In this document: positions 39,050 to 52,780 of the stretch, piece by piece | Layout: each line of letters begins with the position of its first letter | Position numbering within the stretch: position 1 is the first letter of the stretch | Assembly: GCA_964016885.1 (NCBI GenBank) | Contig: OZ024740.1 | Location: 293,694,001 to 293,758,000 of the forward strand | Length of the DNA stretch: 64,000 bases | From: Eledone cirrhosa | Taxonomy: Eukaryota | Reading direction: 5' to 3' | Position numbers and translations under genes: made by a program | The notes under the pieces: model-generated | Databases searched by the model: none | What the model was told of the DNA's origin: nothing | Seen by the model: only the letters and a program-made list of their open reading frames with translations

Positions 39050-40090
39050 CCCCATCAGAAATTACCTATCCATTCTGAAGCTACTATACATGCCCAGGCC
39101 TAACCCATCTCACAGATTTTTGTCATGTCTCCAATGTCAGACTCTCTCCAGAGTCCCGTGGTCAGGCTGCATTGCCCAAGTGATTTGGAGGCCTTGGAGT
39201 ACATAAATGCTCGTCCCTCCCTCTCCCATGCTTCCTTTCCTCCACCTATGCTTGCTCCACCATGGTGAGCAATGTCCGCTCCTTTTCAACATGGACTAGT
39301 TCTAACAGGGAGTTGGATGAAGCTCTTCTATGATGGAGAAAGTTGGTTTGTCTGTTTCTGATAAGGTGGAGGACAAAAGGAGACAGAGAGTTTGGGACAA
39401 CATACATTCGGAGATCACCTTTGACTGCAGAGGCCTTCACTGTCTATCATGACACCAGAATGGGTGTCACACTGAGCTAACCCTTATCATCAAGAGAGCT
39501 TTGGCCTGGGCAAACTTACCCTTAATTTTGGAGCCATCTGAGTTGTCCACGATTAATGGGAAATGGCCCAACGGTCTTACCTTGTGGTCCTAGTCAAGAG
39601 GCAGGTGCCTTTTCTGGGAAGTCACAGTTAGTGACTCTTTTGCATCGTCCCTTATCCTGGATGCAGTGGTGAGGGTGTGAACTACTGCGTCTGCAGCCAG
39701 ACGGAATAAAATCCTAAAATACTGTGATCTGTCGGCTGACTACATTTTCCAGGCAATGGCGTTCGAGAGATTTGGGGGAGTTGGGCCGCTAGCTGCAAGG
39801 TTCTTGCCCTCACTTGTGGTTTACCTAATCGAGGTAACTGGTGATGCTCGTGAAGGCACTTGGATGTTCCAGTATATCAGCCTTGCCATCACCCAAGGTA
39901 ACGCAGTGAGCATTCTGGCTTGCCTAAAAAGTTATTAGAGAGGTTTTCCAGTGCTCTTCGCAATATCGTTATCTTTTGTTCTGGCACCAGTTTGTTTGTC
40001 ACCTACCTTTTGTTGGATATGATCCTAGATGTGTGTATTACCAGCTTGTGTGTTTTTTTCTTTTTTCCTTTCCCTTTTCTTTTTCTTTAT
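39050..40090 (+). mobile_element. CRE-clade non-LTR retrotransposon, decayed fragment
   Basis: WEVTVSDS, AFERFGGVGP, WMFQYISLAITQGNAVSIL; T-rich tail. Confidence 0.7.
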
Positions 40091-40095
40091 TTATA

Positions 40096-41905
40096 ACTAG
40101 CGTGTATCCCGGCATTGCATGGGTAATAGCACCTCCAATGAGAAACCTTTATTTGTGAGTGCCTGTTAAAAACTCACGAAAATATAATGATAGGAAAGTT
40201 GTTTTATTTGGAGAAAATTAAGAAGTTGAAAGTACAGTTTAGCTGTCTACGTGCATTGTTCATAGCAATATTCTTAAGCCCCTTCTTTTCATACTCCTCT
40301 GTTTTGGCCTTTTGGAGTAAATGTGAAAGAGAAATTCACAGGTTAAGTTGGCAGAAGATTCCAGTGTCATAGCAGTAAAGCGTAGGCTATTTACCTCAAA
40401 AGTTCATTCGCACTCTTTCCACTAAGTTACTCCTTCTCTCTATCCCTCTCGATGCAGTCCCTTGCGAATTTCTCATGTAGGCTTGGTGTAGATTTGCACC
40501 CAATCCATCTATCCGATGCACATGTCCGCTTTGTATGGCTTTTGGAGGAAGGACGTTGTTTGGTATTATTACGAAAAGGTGTAGCAGAAAATCCCGCATG
40601 AATTAACAGCTCGGGAGGAAACTGCTTTCCTCGAATATTCATTCGCCATCGTTCTTGTCAACGCTCCGTTTAGTTGGTATTTGTTGGTCTACAGTTAGAT
40701 GAATGGCGCACAAAGGATTAATATTTATTGGCAAGAAGTTTTTTGAATAGTAAAAGTCGGGTTAAAGCGACCTACAATGTATCTGTGTATATATATATAT
40801 ATACACAGATACATATATATGTATGTGTATGTATGCATATATATATATGTGTGTGTGTGTATGTATGTATATGTATATATATATGTGTTATCATCATCAT
40901 CATCATCATCACCGTTTTACGTCCGTTCTTCCATGCTAGCATGGGTTAGACGGGTTGTCCTGTTGTGGGAGTGTCTGGTCGGCTGACCATGCCTTGCTCA
41001 TACAGGAACTGATTTGGCTTGATTTCTACAGCTGGATGCCCTTCCTAACACCAACCTCATTTACAGTGAGTGCTGGGTGCTTTTTCGTGGCGGCTACACG
41101 TCCACTTTACAGTGTGGGCTGGGTGCTTTTTTGCCGTGGCACCTCCACGACCACCTTGCGGTGGGGGGTGTGGGGGCATATTGTCTATATGCTTCAGCTT
41201 GTACCCATGGGAGGTCGGGTACTATGTATTACTGCGTGACGCCAGAGGTCACGGTCGTGTGTCATCGCTTTTGAGAGGTGTAATTGGGTAAGGTCGTGTG
41301 TGTATATACAAATATTTGTATATGTATATTTATATATATGTATATGTGTATATATATGTATGTATATGTGTTTGTATATGTATATATATATATATAAATA
41401 TATATATATGTATATGTGTATATATGTGTGTATATATATATGTATATATAAGTATATATGTATATATATATGTGTGTGTGCATGTGTATATGAATGTAGC
41501 GAAGATAATACGTCAGCAATGACGTGTTTGTCAGGCAGACAGACATACAGACAGATATTATAAGGGCTCAACTTTGAGCTCAAAGTTGGCCTCAACGCTG
41601 AGGTCAACTTTGCATTTCATCCTTACAGGGTCGAAAAAATAAAGTACCAGTAATGTACTGGGTATTTGCTGGCTTTGTGCCAAAAGTAGAAACAATTATA
41701 AGGGCTCAACGGAGATTGATAACTGGCGCCTAACTCCCCTTTAACATCAGAAAATTGAAAAATAAAAGCTGCAGTTAGTATCTTTAGACCACAAGGAATA
41801 TATAAATGCAAGTTTGAAGTCAATCCGAGTAGAAACGTGGATTTGTATAGACTTTGCAAAAATGAGGACACACACACAGACAACAACAGTTTTATATATA
41901 TAGAT
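40096..41905 (-). mobile_element. Non-autonomous Helitron-like element carrying nested SINE/RTE insertions
   Basis: Minus strand starts a|TCTATATATATAAAA and ends cccatgcaatgccggg...CTAG|t. Confidence 0.55.
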
Positions 41906-42189
41906 ATTATGATGACGATTATGTTGAGATTAGAAATTGTTTATAATTCATGTTCAAAATGTTGCCAACAGATTGTAAAATTACAGCCAATTACAACATT
42001 TTATTGTGTTTATATACATTTTTATGCAGCCTAGAAAATGTTGTGCAATGATTACATGAAATTACATACCCCCTTGACAATTCTATAGTATTTTTGACCT
42101 GCTAAAATATTTAAGAAAGAAATAGTGTAATTGCACAAATTACATACAACAAAAAAGTGTTTTAAAGATCATTTCATCTGCTAAAAATG

Positions 42190-45100
42190 AACTAGCCTTG
42201 CTAGCCTCGTGGCAATCTTCTATATTTTGCTCTATTGGTCTACATTTCCCTTCGTCAAACTCTTGGCTTTTATTTCCTATTCTAAGATCTCCAGCCATAC
42301 TTTTCTTGATCTTCCACTTTCTCTGCATTCTTCTAAATTCCTTTTAATCATTTTTCTCATTCAGCCATTTTCATCTTTACTCCAAACGTGATCCAACCAT
42401 CTCAATCAATTTTCTTAAAAACATTCACCACAGGCTCTATTCCCATCATTCTCTACTATTCATTGTTTATCTTCTTCTCTCTCAGTGATACTTTACATCC
42501 ACCAAACCATTCTTATTTCCATTCCTTCCACTCTCCTTTGCTGCTCCACATTCATCACCCAAGTCTTGCTCCTATAAGTCATAGAACTTCTTGTCATGCA
42601 GCATACACTTTTCCCTTCAGTTTCAGAGACATTCCTCTCTTCAATATCATGCTACTCAATTCCTAAAACTTCTTCCATATACATCTCAATCGCGATGTTG
42701 TTGCCAAGTCTGATCCTCCTTTTCCATTCAACATGTTTCCAGGGTAACAAACTGTTTTCACATTTTCTACCTTCACACCATTCCTAATAACAAGCAGGAT
42801 ATCAGTAGCTCCCTCCATACACAGTTTACACTTAAATGTAGCTGTTATCATCATCATCATCATCATCTTCGTTTAACGTCCATTTTCCACGCTAGCATGG
42901 GTTAGACGGGAGTTGTCCCACTTGAGGCAAGGCTGGTCGGGTGACCATGTCTCGCTCATATAGGACTATCTGGCAGGTTTTCTACGGCTGGATACCCTTC
43001 CTAACACCAACCACATTTACAGTGTGGAACTGGGAACTTTTTACCGTGTTACCTACACGGCCACATTACAGCATGGACTGTGTGTTTTTTGTTGTGACAC
43101 CTACACGATCTCGATCTCATTTTCTCGTGCTGTTGGTGGGAGTGGGAGGATAGGGTAGGGGTAGTGGATTGGGGTGTATATTTGGTTAAGAGGTGCCTAC
43201 TGACTGTAGGTTTCGCTTTGTACATAGGCAAGGTGGGTCTTCTGTATTACTGCGTAGCACCAAAGATCTCGGTTCAGTGACATTATCTTAGAGAGATGTA
43301 AGTGTGTGAGGTTGGAATTTATCAGATCATCCCAGGTTTTTCTGGGTCTACCTACTTCGTAACTACCATCAATTTTGATCGCCCTGCACTTTTTTATGCA
43401 GCTGTCGTCTTTCATGCGCATCACGTGACCATACCAACGTAGTCTTCTCTCAAGTAAACAGCATCTGATCCCTCTTATTCCTAATTTCTCACTTAGTTCA
43501 TTTATGCTTTGCCGTTCACGTATATTACTAATACACATCCAATGGAGCATGCATGCTTCGTTCCTTTCCAGTCTACGCAGGTCCTCTGCACATAATGCCC
43601 ATGTCTCACTGCCATGTAGCATTGCTGTTCGTATACAGGCATCATACAATCTGCCTTTCATTTTTAGAGAGAAACCTTTTGTGGCCAACAGCGATATAAG
43701 CTCTCTGAAATTTTTTCATGCAGCTTCACCACATTCGTTTTATGTATTCACCCAATGCCTATAATACATTTAATTAAGTTCATTCTAATTCTTTTCCTGC
43801 ACACCACATACTGTCACATTCTTGTATTTTCTATCTCACTAAATGTTTTAGCACTTACCATCACCTTTGTTTGCAATTGTCACCTTCAAACCATTTGCCT
43901 CCAAACATTCCTTCCACCTATTCATCTTCTCTCTCAGTCCATCCGTACTCTCTGCCATGAACACTAGATCGTCTGCATAGAGTAACTCTCATGGTAAGCC
44001 CTCCTTTACAATGTTGGTTTATACATCTATTACAACTACAAATAACAGTGGATGTAATACTGACCCTTCAACCTTCACTTCAAAGGTGTCACAGTTCCCT
44101 TCCTTCTTCCTTATGACTGTATATGATATCTTATATATTGTCATCACTACTCTAAGCAATCATTCTTCCATTCCTAACAATCTCAATGCCCATGTCACTA
44201 CTTCACATGAACCCCATTGAAAGCTTTGTCCAGATCAACAAGCCCCCAAAACAAATTATTCCCCTTGTTTCTGTAATTACCTCAGAATAAAAATTGCATC
44301 AGTTTTTCCTTTCTTTAACCTCTTCTTTCTTTAACCTCTTCTCCACCACTTTTTCTACTTCCTTCCAGCTTCAAACAACTTAATTGCTCTATATGAGCCA
44401 CAGTTATGTGGATTGCCTTTCCTCTTGAACAAAGGGATGAAAATACTCAACTCCCAATCTATTGCAATACAGTCTTCTTTCACCACCAACGCACAGTCGC
44501 CCTATTTGCCACAACTACATGCTGTTTTTAGCATATCTCCTACAATAGTTGGACCTGCTGTGTCCCTACACAATCTTTCTGGATGCTTCTAAAACTTCTC
44601 TCACGTTTATCAACTCTGTTGGTTTGAGAACTGAATTTCTTTCTGTTACCATTCCATCCATCCCCCACATTCTACAACCTCTCCATATATCTCTTCTACC
44701 TTATTTCCATTTGGTTCTATAACAATTTGTCCTACTTCATCCTTCAAGCAGCTCAACCCGGTCACATCATATCTCCCTCTTCTAAATTGCTTTGCAATCC
44801 CAAGCATTTCTCTATAAACTTACCCTGAATAATTTCATTCTCTAAATATTTGTCTGCTTCCACTTCTTTCTTTGCAGACGTTTTGGCTGCCTTGTAATTC
44901 TGATGAACTAATTACCTCTTCTGCTGCCATATTTTCTGCTCTCTGCTATTCTCTGAATCTTACTCTTTTTCCATAAGTCCTCTTTCTAACTTAATCATCC
45001 TATCTCCATGTTTCCAAATGTCTTTGTAATTCTCTTGTTCAACCAAACATATCAACAACAGCTCCTAAAAAATTATATTTTAGAGACTTCTAAACGTTTT

Positions 45101-45880
45101 CAAGTTCATTTGTGTCATTTGCTGACCACACCCATTTTCTCCCCTTGAGCCTCTCTTACTGTTGTCTCTTTTAAGCTCCATACCTTCAGCCTTGGTTGAT
45201 ATTTCTTCTACTCAGCTCTTTTCCCACTTTTCACCTGAAATGTTATACATAACTAGATGGTGCTGTGTAGCAACCTCCTTTCCTGGAATGATCTTTGTAA
45301 CATGGAGTTACCTTTTATCTTGCTCATATGCTACCAGATAGTTGACAGTTGATAACACTTTATGTCTATGTAGCAAGTTTATCGTCTTTTTTCTGGAATT
45401 GGATGTTAGATTGACATATTAAATCTATCAGCAAATTCTAAAATCCTTTCTTTGTTGCACACCAAAATTTGTCTTTCTGTTCAACATCCTGACAGTCTTG
45501 AGGGGCATATCCTGATATGATATTCACTAAGAACTTTCCAATCACCAGTTTCACCATCATCAACTGTTCACTCAATCTCATCATACACCATACTGTCTAG
45601 AAAACTACAGAAATTAAGGCACCAACACCATGTACACCTTCTGGACACTCTTGCCATACAAATTTCTATCTGTCTTGGTTTTTTCCTCAACATTCTCAAA
45701 CCACTCCACTTCCATTATGTCTTCTTCACACAACATATATCCATTCTTCTTCTATTCTGTGCCTCCACCATTTCCCCCAATCTTCCTGCCATCACATCCC
45801 TATTTTCTATGTCACAAAATTCATATATTGATCTCCACAATTGACACCAAACATCTGACCATCATAAATGACTTGAACTC
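42190..45880 (-). mobile_element. Nested, decayed RTE LINE copies (endonuclease-RT)
   Basis: KGRLYDACIRTAMLHGSETW, RRLRWYGHVMRM, GRPRKTW (43197-43688); LLYADDL near 43970; older pieces on either side. Confidence 0.78.
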
Positions 45881-46544
45881 AGTGTCTATCTAGTTTAGAA
45901 TAGATATTTCTATCTCTGGTATTGTAAGAGGCAACTAAAAGAATTGGTGACAGGGAGGGCATCTGGTCATAAAACACTGTCTCAAAAAGGATCTCATGAT
46001 GAGTATGATAATTACATAAATTACATCTAAGTTTATAAGTTATTCATCTATTTCTTCCATTGGTATAATGTTTTTAATGAAATATATAGAAATATCAACT
46101 ACATTTTTCTCAAATTATACACTAATATCCAGAAAGATGAAAACATACATTGTATAATGTCATCATAATTAAAATCATTTTTACATCCATTCTTCCATGT
46201 TTGCATGGTCTGGCCTGATTTTTTCCAGCCCAGAGGGGTTCAGTATTTTGAGATTAAACATCACACCTTTGCCCAGGTCTTCCTTGTTCTTATTCTATTG
46301 TAGATCATTTGCTACTTCTTCATACAATGGTCATCATCCATGTACATCATGTGTCTATACTTGTGTAATCTTCTCTCATTGTTCACTTCATCTGATTCAA
46401 CTTATGCACAGTTGTTCTGTCAGCTGATCCATGTGTTCCTGTTCCTGCACATTAACATTAATCATCCATTGGAGCATGTGGAACTAATTTCTGTCCAGCC
46501 TTCACATATCATCTGCATTCACTGTATGTCTCACTTCTATAAAA

Positions 46545-49490
46545 TATCATACTTTACATACAGACATCATAGACTGTATATCTCACTACTACATTACCAT
46601 ACAACATCACACTTCACATACAGACATCATAGACTGTATATCTCACCACTACACTACCATACAACATCACGCTTCACATACAGACATCATAGACTGTATA
46701 TCTCACTACTACACTACCATACAACATCACACTTCACATACAGACATCATAGACTGTATATCTCACTACTACACTACCATACAACATCACACTTCACATA
46801 CAGACATCATAGACTGTATATCTCACTACTACACTACCATACAACATCACACTTCACATACAGACATCATAGACTGTATATCTCACTACTACACTACCAT
46901 ACAACATCACACTTCACATACAGACATCATAGACTTTATATCTCACTACTACATTACCATACAACATCACACTTCACATACAGACACCATAGTCTGTATA
47001 TCTTACTACTACACTACCATACAACATCACACTTCACATACAGACATCATAGACTGTATATCTCACTACTACACTACCATACAACATCACACTTCACATA
47101 CAGACATCATAGACTGTATATCTCACTACTACACTACCATACAACATCACACTTCACATACAGACATCATAGACTGTATATCTCACTACTACATTACCAT
47201 ACAACATCACACTTCACATACAGACATCATAGACTTTATATCTCACTACTACACTACCATACAACATCACACTTCACATACAGACATCATAGACTGTATA
47301 TCTCACTACTACACTACAATACAACATCACACTTCACATACAGACATCATAGACTGTATATCTCACTACTACACTACCATACAACATCACACTTCACATA
47401 CAGACATCATAGACTGTATATCTCACTACTACATTACCATACAACATCACACTTCACATACAGACACCATAGTCTGTATATCTTACTACTACACTACCAT
47501 ACAACATCACACTTCACATACAGACATCATAGACTGTATATCTCACTACTACACTACCATACAACATCACACTTCACATACAGACATCATAGACTTTATA
47601 TCTCACTACTACATTACCATACAACATCACACTTCACATACAGACACCATAGTCTGTATATCTTACTACTACACTACCATACAACATCACACTTCACATA
47701 CAGACATCATAGACTGTATATCTCACTACTACACTACCATACAACATCACACTTCACATACAGACATCATAGACTGTATATCTCACTACTACACTACCAT
47801 ACAACATCACACTTCACATACAGACATCATAGACTGTATATCTCACTACTACACTACCATACAACATCACACTTCACATACAGACATCATAGACTGTATA
47901 TCTCACTACTACATTACCATACAACATCACACTTCACATACAGACATCATAGACTGTATATCTCACTACTACATTACCATACAACATCATACTTCACATA
48001 CAGACATCATAGACTGTATATCTCACTACTACATTACCATACAACATCACACTTCACATACAGACATCATAGACAGTATATCTCACTACTACACTACCAT
48101 ACAACATCACACTTCACATACAGACATCATAGACTTTATATCTCACTACTACACTACCATACAACATCACACTTCACATACAGACATCATAGAGACTATA
48201 TCTCACTACCATACAACATCACACTTCACATACAGACATCATAGACTGTATATCTTACTACCATACAACATCACACTTCACATACAGACATCATAGTCTG
48301 TATATCTCACTACCATAAAACATCACACTTCACATACAGACATCATAGACTGTATATCTCACTACTACATTACCATACAACATCACACTTCACATACAGA
48401 CATCATAGACTGTATATCTCATTACTACACTATCATACAACATCACACTTCACATACAGACATCATAGACTTTATATCTCCCTACCATACAACATCACAT
48501 TTCACATACAGACATCATAGACATTATATCTCACTACCATACAACATCACACTTCACATACAGACATCATAAACTTTATATCTCACTACTACACTACCAT
48601 ACAACATCACACTTCACATACAGACATCATAGACTGTATATCTCACTACTACACTACCATACAACATCATACTTCACATACAGACATCATAGACTGTATA
48701 TCTCACTACCATACAACATCACACTTCACATACAGACATCATAGACTGTATATCTCACTACTACACTACCATACAACATCACACTTCACATACAGACATC
48801 ATAGACTTTATATCTCACTACTACATTACCATACAACATCACACTTCACATACAGACACCATAGTCTGTATATCTTACTACTACACTACCATACAACATC
48901 AGACTCTGCAGTGATTGTATGTCTCACTAGCATATAATATCATACTTTACATACAGACATCATAGACTGTATATCTCACTACTACATTACCATACAACAT
49001 CACACTTCACATACAGACATCATAGACTGTACATCTCACTACTACACTACCATACAACATCAGACTCTGCAGTGATTGTATGTCTCACTAGCATATAATA
49101 TCACACTTCACATACAGACATCATAGACTGTATATCTCACTACCATACAACATCACACTTCACATACAGACATCATAAACTCTATGTCTTACTACCATAC
49201 AACATCACACTTCACATACAGACATCATAGACTGTATATCTCACTACCATACAACATCACACTTCACATACAGACATCATAGACTTTATATCTCACTACC
49301 ATACAACATCACACTTCACATACAGACATCATAAACTCTATGTCTTACTACCATACAACATCACACTTTACATACAGACATCATAGACTGTATATCTCAC
49401 TACTACACTACCATACACCATCACACTTCACATACAGACATCATAGACTGTATATCTTATTACCATACAACATCACACTTCACATACAGC
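46545..49490. repeat. Minisatellite, 60-bp unit with 50-bp deletion variants, ~50 copies
   Basis: Unit cagacatcatagactgtatatctcactactacactaccatacaacatcacacttcacata. Confidence 0.98.
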
Positions 49491-49757
49491 TATCATTGAC
49501 GGCCATTTGCCAAAAGAAATCATTTGTTGTATGATAACAGTTGATAAAGAAATACATAGTAACTCATTGATCATGAAATGTGTAACATGTAGGAAAACTA
49601 AAGTAAAAGCTCCGTGGGAAAATATTATAATGTATTTCCATATTCTGTACAAAAACATGTGGGTAACATCAAATAACATGGTTTGCCTTTTTCAATAGCA
49701 TCTGTTGTATGAAGCAAATGTGTAACAAAGTGTTTTCTAATATTTGTGAGATACGTT

Positions 49758-50030
49758 TTGAGGCTGTGACAAATTTCCTGAGATACATTCATCAGTGATA
49801 CATTCATGAGAGGCTGTGACAAATTTGCTGAGATACATTCATCAGTGATACATTCATGAGAGGCTGTGACAAATTTGCTGAGATACATTCATCAGTGATA
49901 CATTCATGAGAGGCTGTGACAAATTTGCTGAGATACATTCATCAGTGATACATTCATCAGAGGCTGTGACAAATTTGCTGAGATACATTCATCAGTGATA
50001 CATTCATCAGAGGCTGTGGCAAATTAGCTG
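49758..50030. repeat. 50-bp tandem repeat, ~5.5 copies
   Basis: gagaggctgtgacaaatttgctgagatacattcatcagtgatacattcat. Confidence 0.95.
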
Positions 50031-50994
50031 ACATTACATATTAATGGGTTTGTCACAGTCTCTGTGCAACTAAAGGTATCAGGTTTGTATCAGACTAAAG
50101 TGTTTACATACACTTCTGACAATGCAGTGTAAACTATAAAAAACACAACAGTGTTTATCAAAAACTGAAAACTGCTCATGATAACTGATTAGCATTTTCA
50201 AGATAATGATTATATTGATGAAATAAAAATATTATCTATATCATCATCATCATCACCGTTTTACATCCATTCTTCCATCCTAGCATGGGTTAGACGAGTT
50301 GTCCTGTTGTGAGCAGTGCCTGGTCGGCTGAACTTGTCTTCCTCATACGGGAATTGATTTTGGTTTGATTTCTACAGCTGGATGCCCTTCCTAACACCAA
50401 CCTCAATTACAGTGAGTGCTGGGTGCTTTTTATCCGTGGTGCCTACACGACCACTTTACAGTGTTGGCTGGGTGCTTTTTTGCTGTGGCACCTCCACCAC
50501 CACTTTGCAGTGGGAGGGGTGGGGGCATATTGACTATATGCTTCAGCTTCGGCTTGTACCCGTGGGCACAATTAATAATTATAGGAAAGACTTTACATTA
50601 TCCAGAATTATATCATTCATTAACACAATGATAATCGGAGGTATGACTGAAAACATTTTCCAATTTATGTTTAGACTACAAATTGAAAGTATTCAGTAAA
50701 GGAAAATATTAATAAATGGAACTATATATGGTAATGAAAGAATTTTAAAAATTCAGTAATCATAATCTACACTTTGAAAATTGTATGTAGAAATTGAATT
50801 ATGGAGAAAATTATAGAGAAACAAATTTAGATGTGGGCGGACTCAACTAAAAGATGGTATGATAATGTCTGGAATGATTTTGAACAGAGGTCTGTTCAAT
50901 TGGTGCTGACTTAGAGCTTAACTGGAGGATAGAGTGAAGTTTACATATTTACCTCCATGGACATATTCAGTAAATTAATATGTGAAACATTTAC

Positions 50995-51157
50995 CTTTGT
51001 TTGCTCCAAGTAGTTTAGGTAAATCTCCAATTAAAGGCAACCAACTTTTCATGTATGGTAAGTGCCTAAAGTCTGTCAATGATTTCGAATATTTGAGTAG
51101 TATATAAAAAGAACAGCAGAAAATTGTAAGTAATATAAAAATATCAGTGAGCAACAT
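50995..51157 (-). CDS. CYP4 clan cytochrome P450 (CYP4V-like), coding exon 1 (membrane anchor + proline hinge)
   Basis: ATG at 51157; MLLTDIFILLTIFCCSFYILLKY...WLPLIGDLPKLLGANK-G|gtaaat. Hydrophobic anchor followed by the P450 'LPLIG' hinge; phase-1 donor. A putative acceptor (ttttgcag) at 51174 suggests an upstream non-coding exon. Confidence 0.88.
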
Positions 51158-51377
51158 GTTTTCAAACTTCACGCTGCAAAATAATGAGATAACTGCTAAG
51201 AATAAACTCAAAATCTGTGATATGTTGTCATGCAGCTGTTTAGATTGAGGCCAAAGTTAATCTAACTGGGTCACTAGTTGTCTCTATAGCTATGGGAAAA
51301 TATATTTACTGTTCCTTAGAAATATATTTTAACATTTTTTTATCCAGTTTTTAGTGTGTAGATTACATACTTTGCTT

Positions 51378-52780
51378 ATATAATAATAATAATGAAATTA
51401 TTGTGTAAAGTGCTTAGGTACACTACAACTGTGTCAAAGGTGCATGTATAGTATATAGAATAATATACAAATGTCAGGGAAGTTAATAGTGTATGGGCAT
51501 GCCCACGTGTGTTAGACACAGGGAAATTAAAAAGGTACTCAGGGTTGTTGTTGGCAAAATGATTAATAATTTTGTATGCGTTTACCAAGTCAGTTGTCAG
51601 ATGTCAGAGCTTCAATGTATCCATGCCCAAGGAAGCAAGGCGTTCAGAGTATGGTAGATGCCTGATGGAGGGTATTCGTTTGGTTGTATGTCTCTGAACA
51701 GTTTCCAGGTGGTCAATGTTCTGAGCAAGATAGGGGTTCCAGACTGGTGATGCAGATTCTAAGTGTGGCTGCACCATAGCTCTCTACAGCTTTAAATAGA
51801 TAGCTGGAGAGCAGCTGACAAAGGTCTTGCTGAGTGATGCTAAGACACCCTCGGCCTTCTTGACAATTTTAGAGACGTGCTTCATCTAATGCAAATCGCT
51901 GCTGACAGTAATGCCCAGGTCACGTTCACAAGAAGACTTCTTGATATTAGTGTTGTGGAGGGAGTATGTGGACACTGGGTTTTTACTCCCAAAATGCATG
52001 GTGGTGCACTTGTCCACAGCTAGCTTGAGTTGCTAGTCTGTGATCCATTGTTGCATTGTGTCCAGGTCAGATTGCAGGCAAGATCTATAGTGTTCAGGAT
52101 CTGTCCTTTTTATCTCAAGGTACAGCTTGATGTCATCTGCATATTTCAGTACTGTGCCATTCTTTAAGTTGGCATCTTTGTCATTAACATATGCCACAAA
52201 CAAAAGGGGACCAAGAGCAGATCTCTGCAGTACACCAGATGACATCTCATATGGTGAGGAATGCTGTCCTGGAACCATGACTACCTCTCTTTGACTGAGA
52301 ATGAAGGACTTCAACCAGTTAAAAAGATCATCCTTCACACCCATTGCAGAGAGTTTTGCCATAAGCCTTTTGTGTGGCACAGAATTGAAAGCTTTAGCAA
52401 AGTCAAGGTAAACAACCCATGAGCCGCCATCAGTGATCCGGGTGATGTCTTCAAGAAACACGATAAGTTGATCACAGCAGCTGGAGTTAGGGATAAATCC
52501 AAATTGTGAAGACCGGATAAGACTGTGAAAGTTCAAGAAGTTCCAAAGTGTTTCTCAGACACAGGATTCCATCAGTTTGGCAATGCAGCTAGTAAGACTG
52601 ACTGGACGATAGTTCACAGGTGATGTGCGGTCACCCTTTTTGAACAGAGGAATGACACTGGCAGTTTTCGACTGTTCTGGAGTAGCACCGTTGTTCAGAC
52701 AGAATTGGAAGAAGCGTGATAGCTGGTGCAGAAGGAAGTACCCACAACATTTGAGAAGCAGGTACGTAACACCATCAAGA
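51378..52780 (-). mobile_element. CR1-clade LINE RT fragment
   Basis: NYRPVSLTS, QFGF, YLDFAKAF.SVPH, LGPLLF, KYADDIK, PHLESASPVWNP, TRGH; (ATT)n tail ending ~200 bp before CYP4 exon 1. Confidence 0.88.

Noticed and set aside
46340-48244. 634-aa His/Tyr/Thr-rich ORF
   Set aside because: It is a stop-free frame of the 60-bp minisatellite. The 50-bp units break the frame, and it is antisense within an intron with no splice or domain evidence.
49758-50030. Repeated CTGATGA on the minus strand as a tandem hammerhead array
   Set aside because: There is no recurring GAAA...UH half and no stems; it is an ordinary 50-bp repeat.
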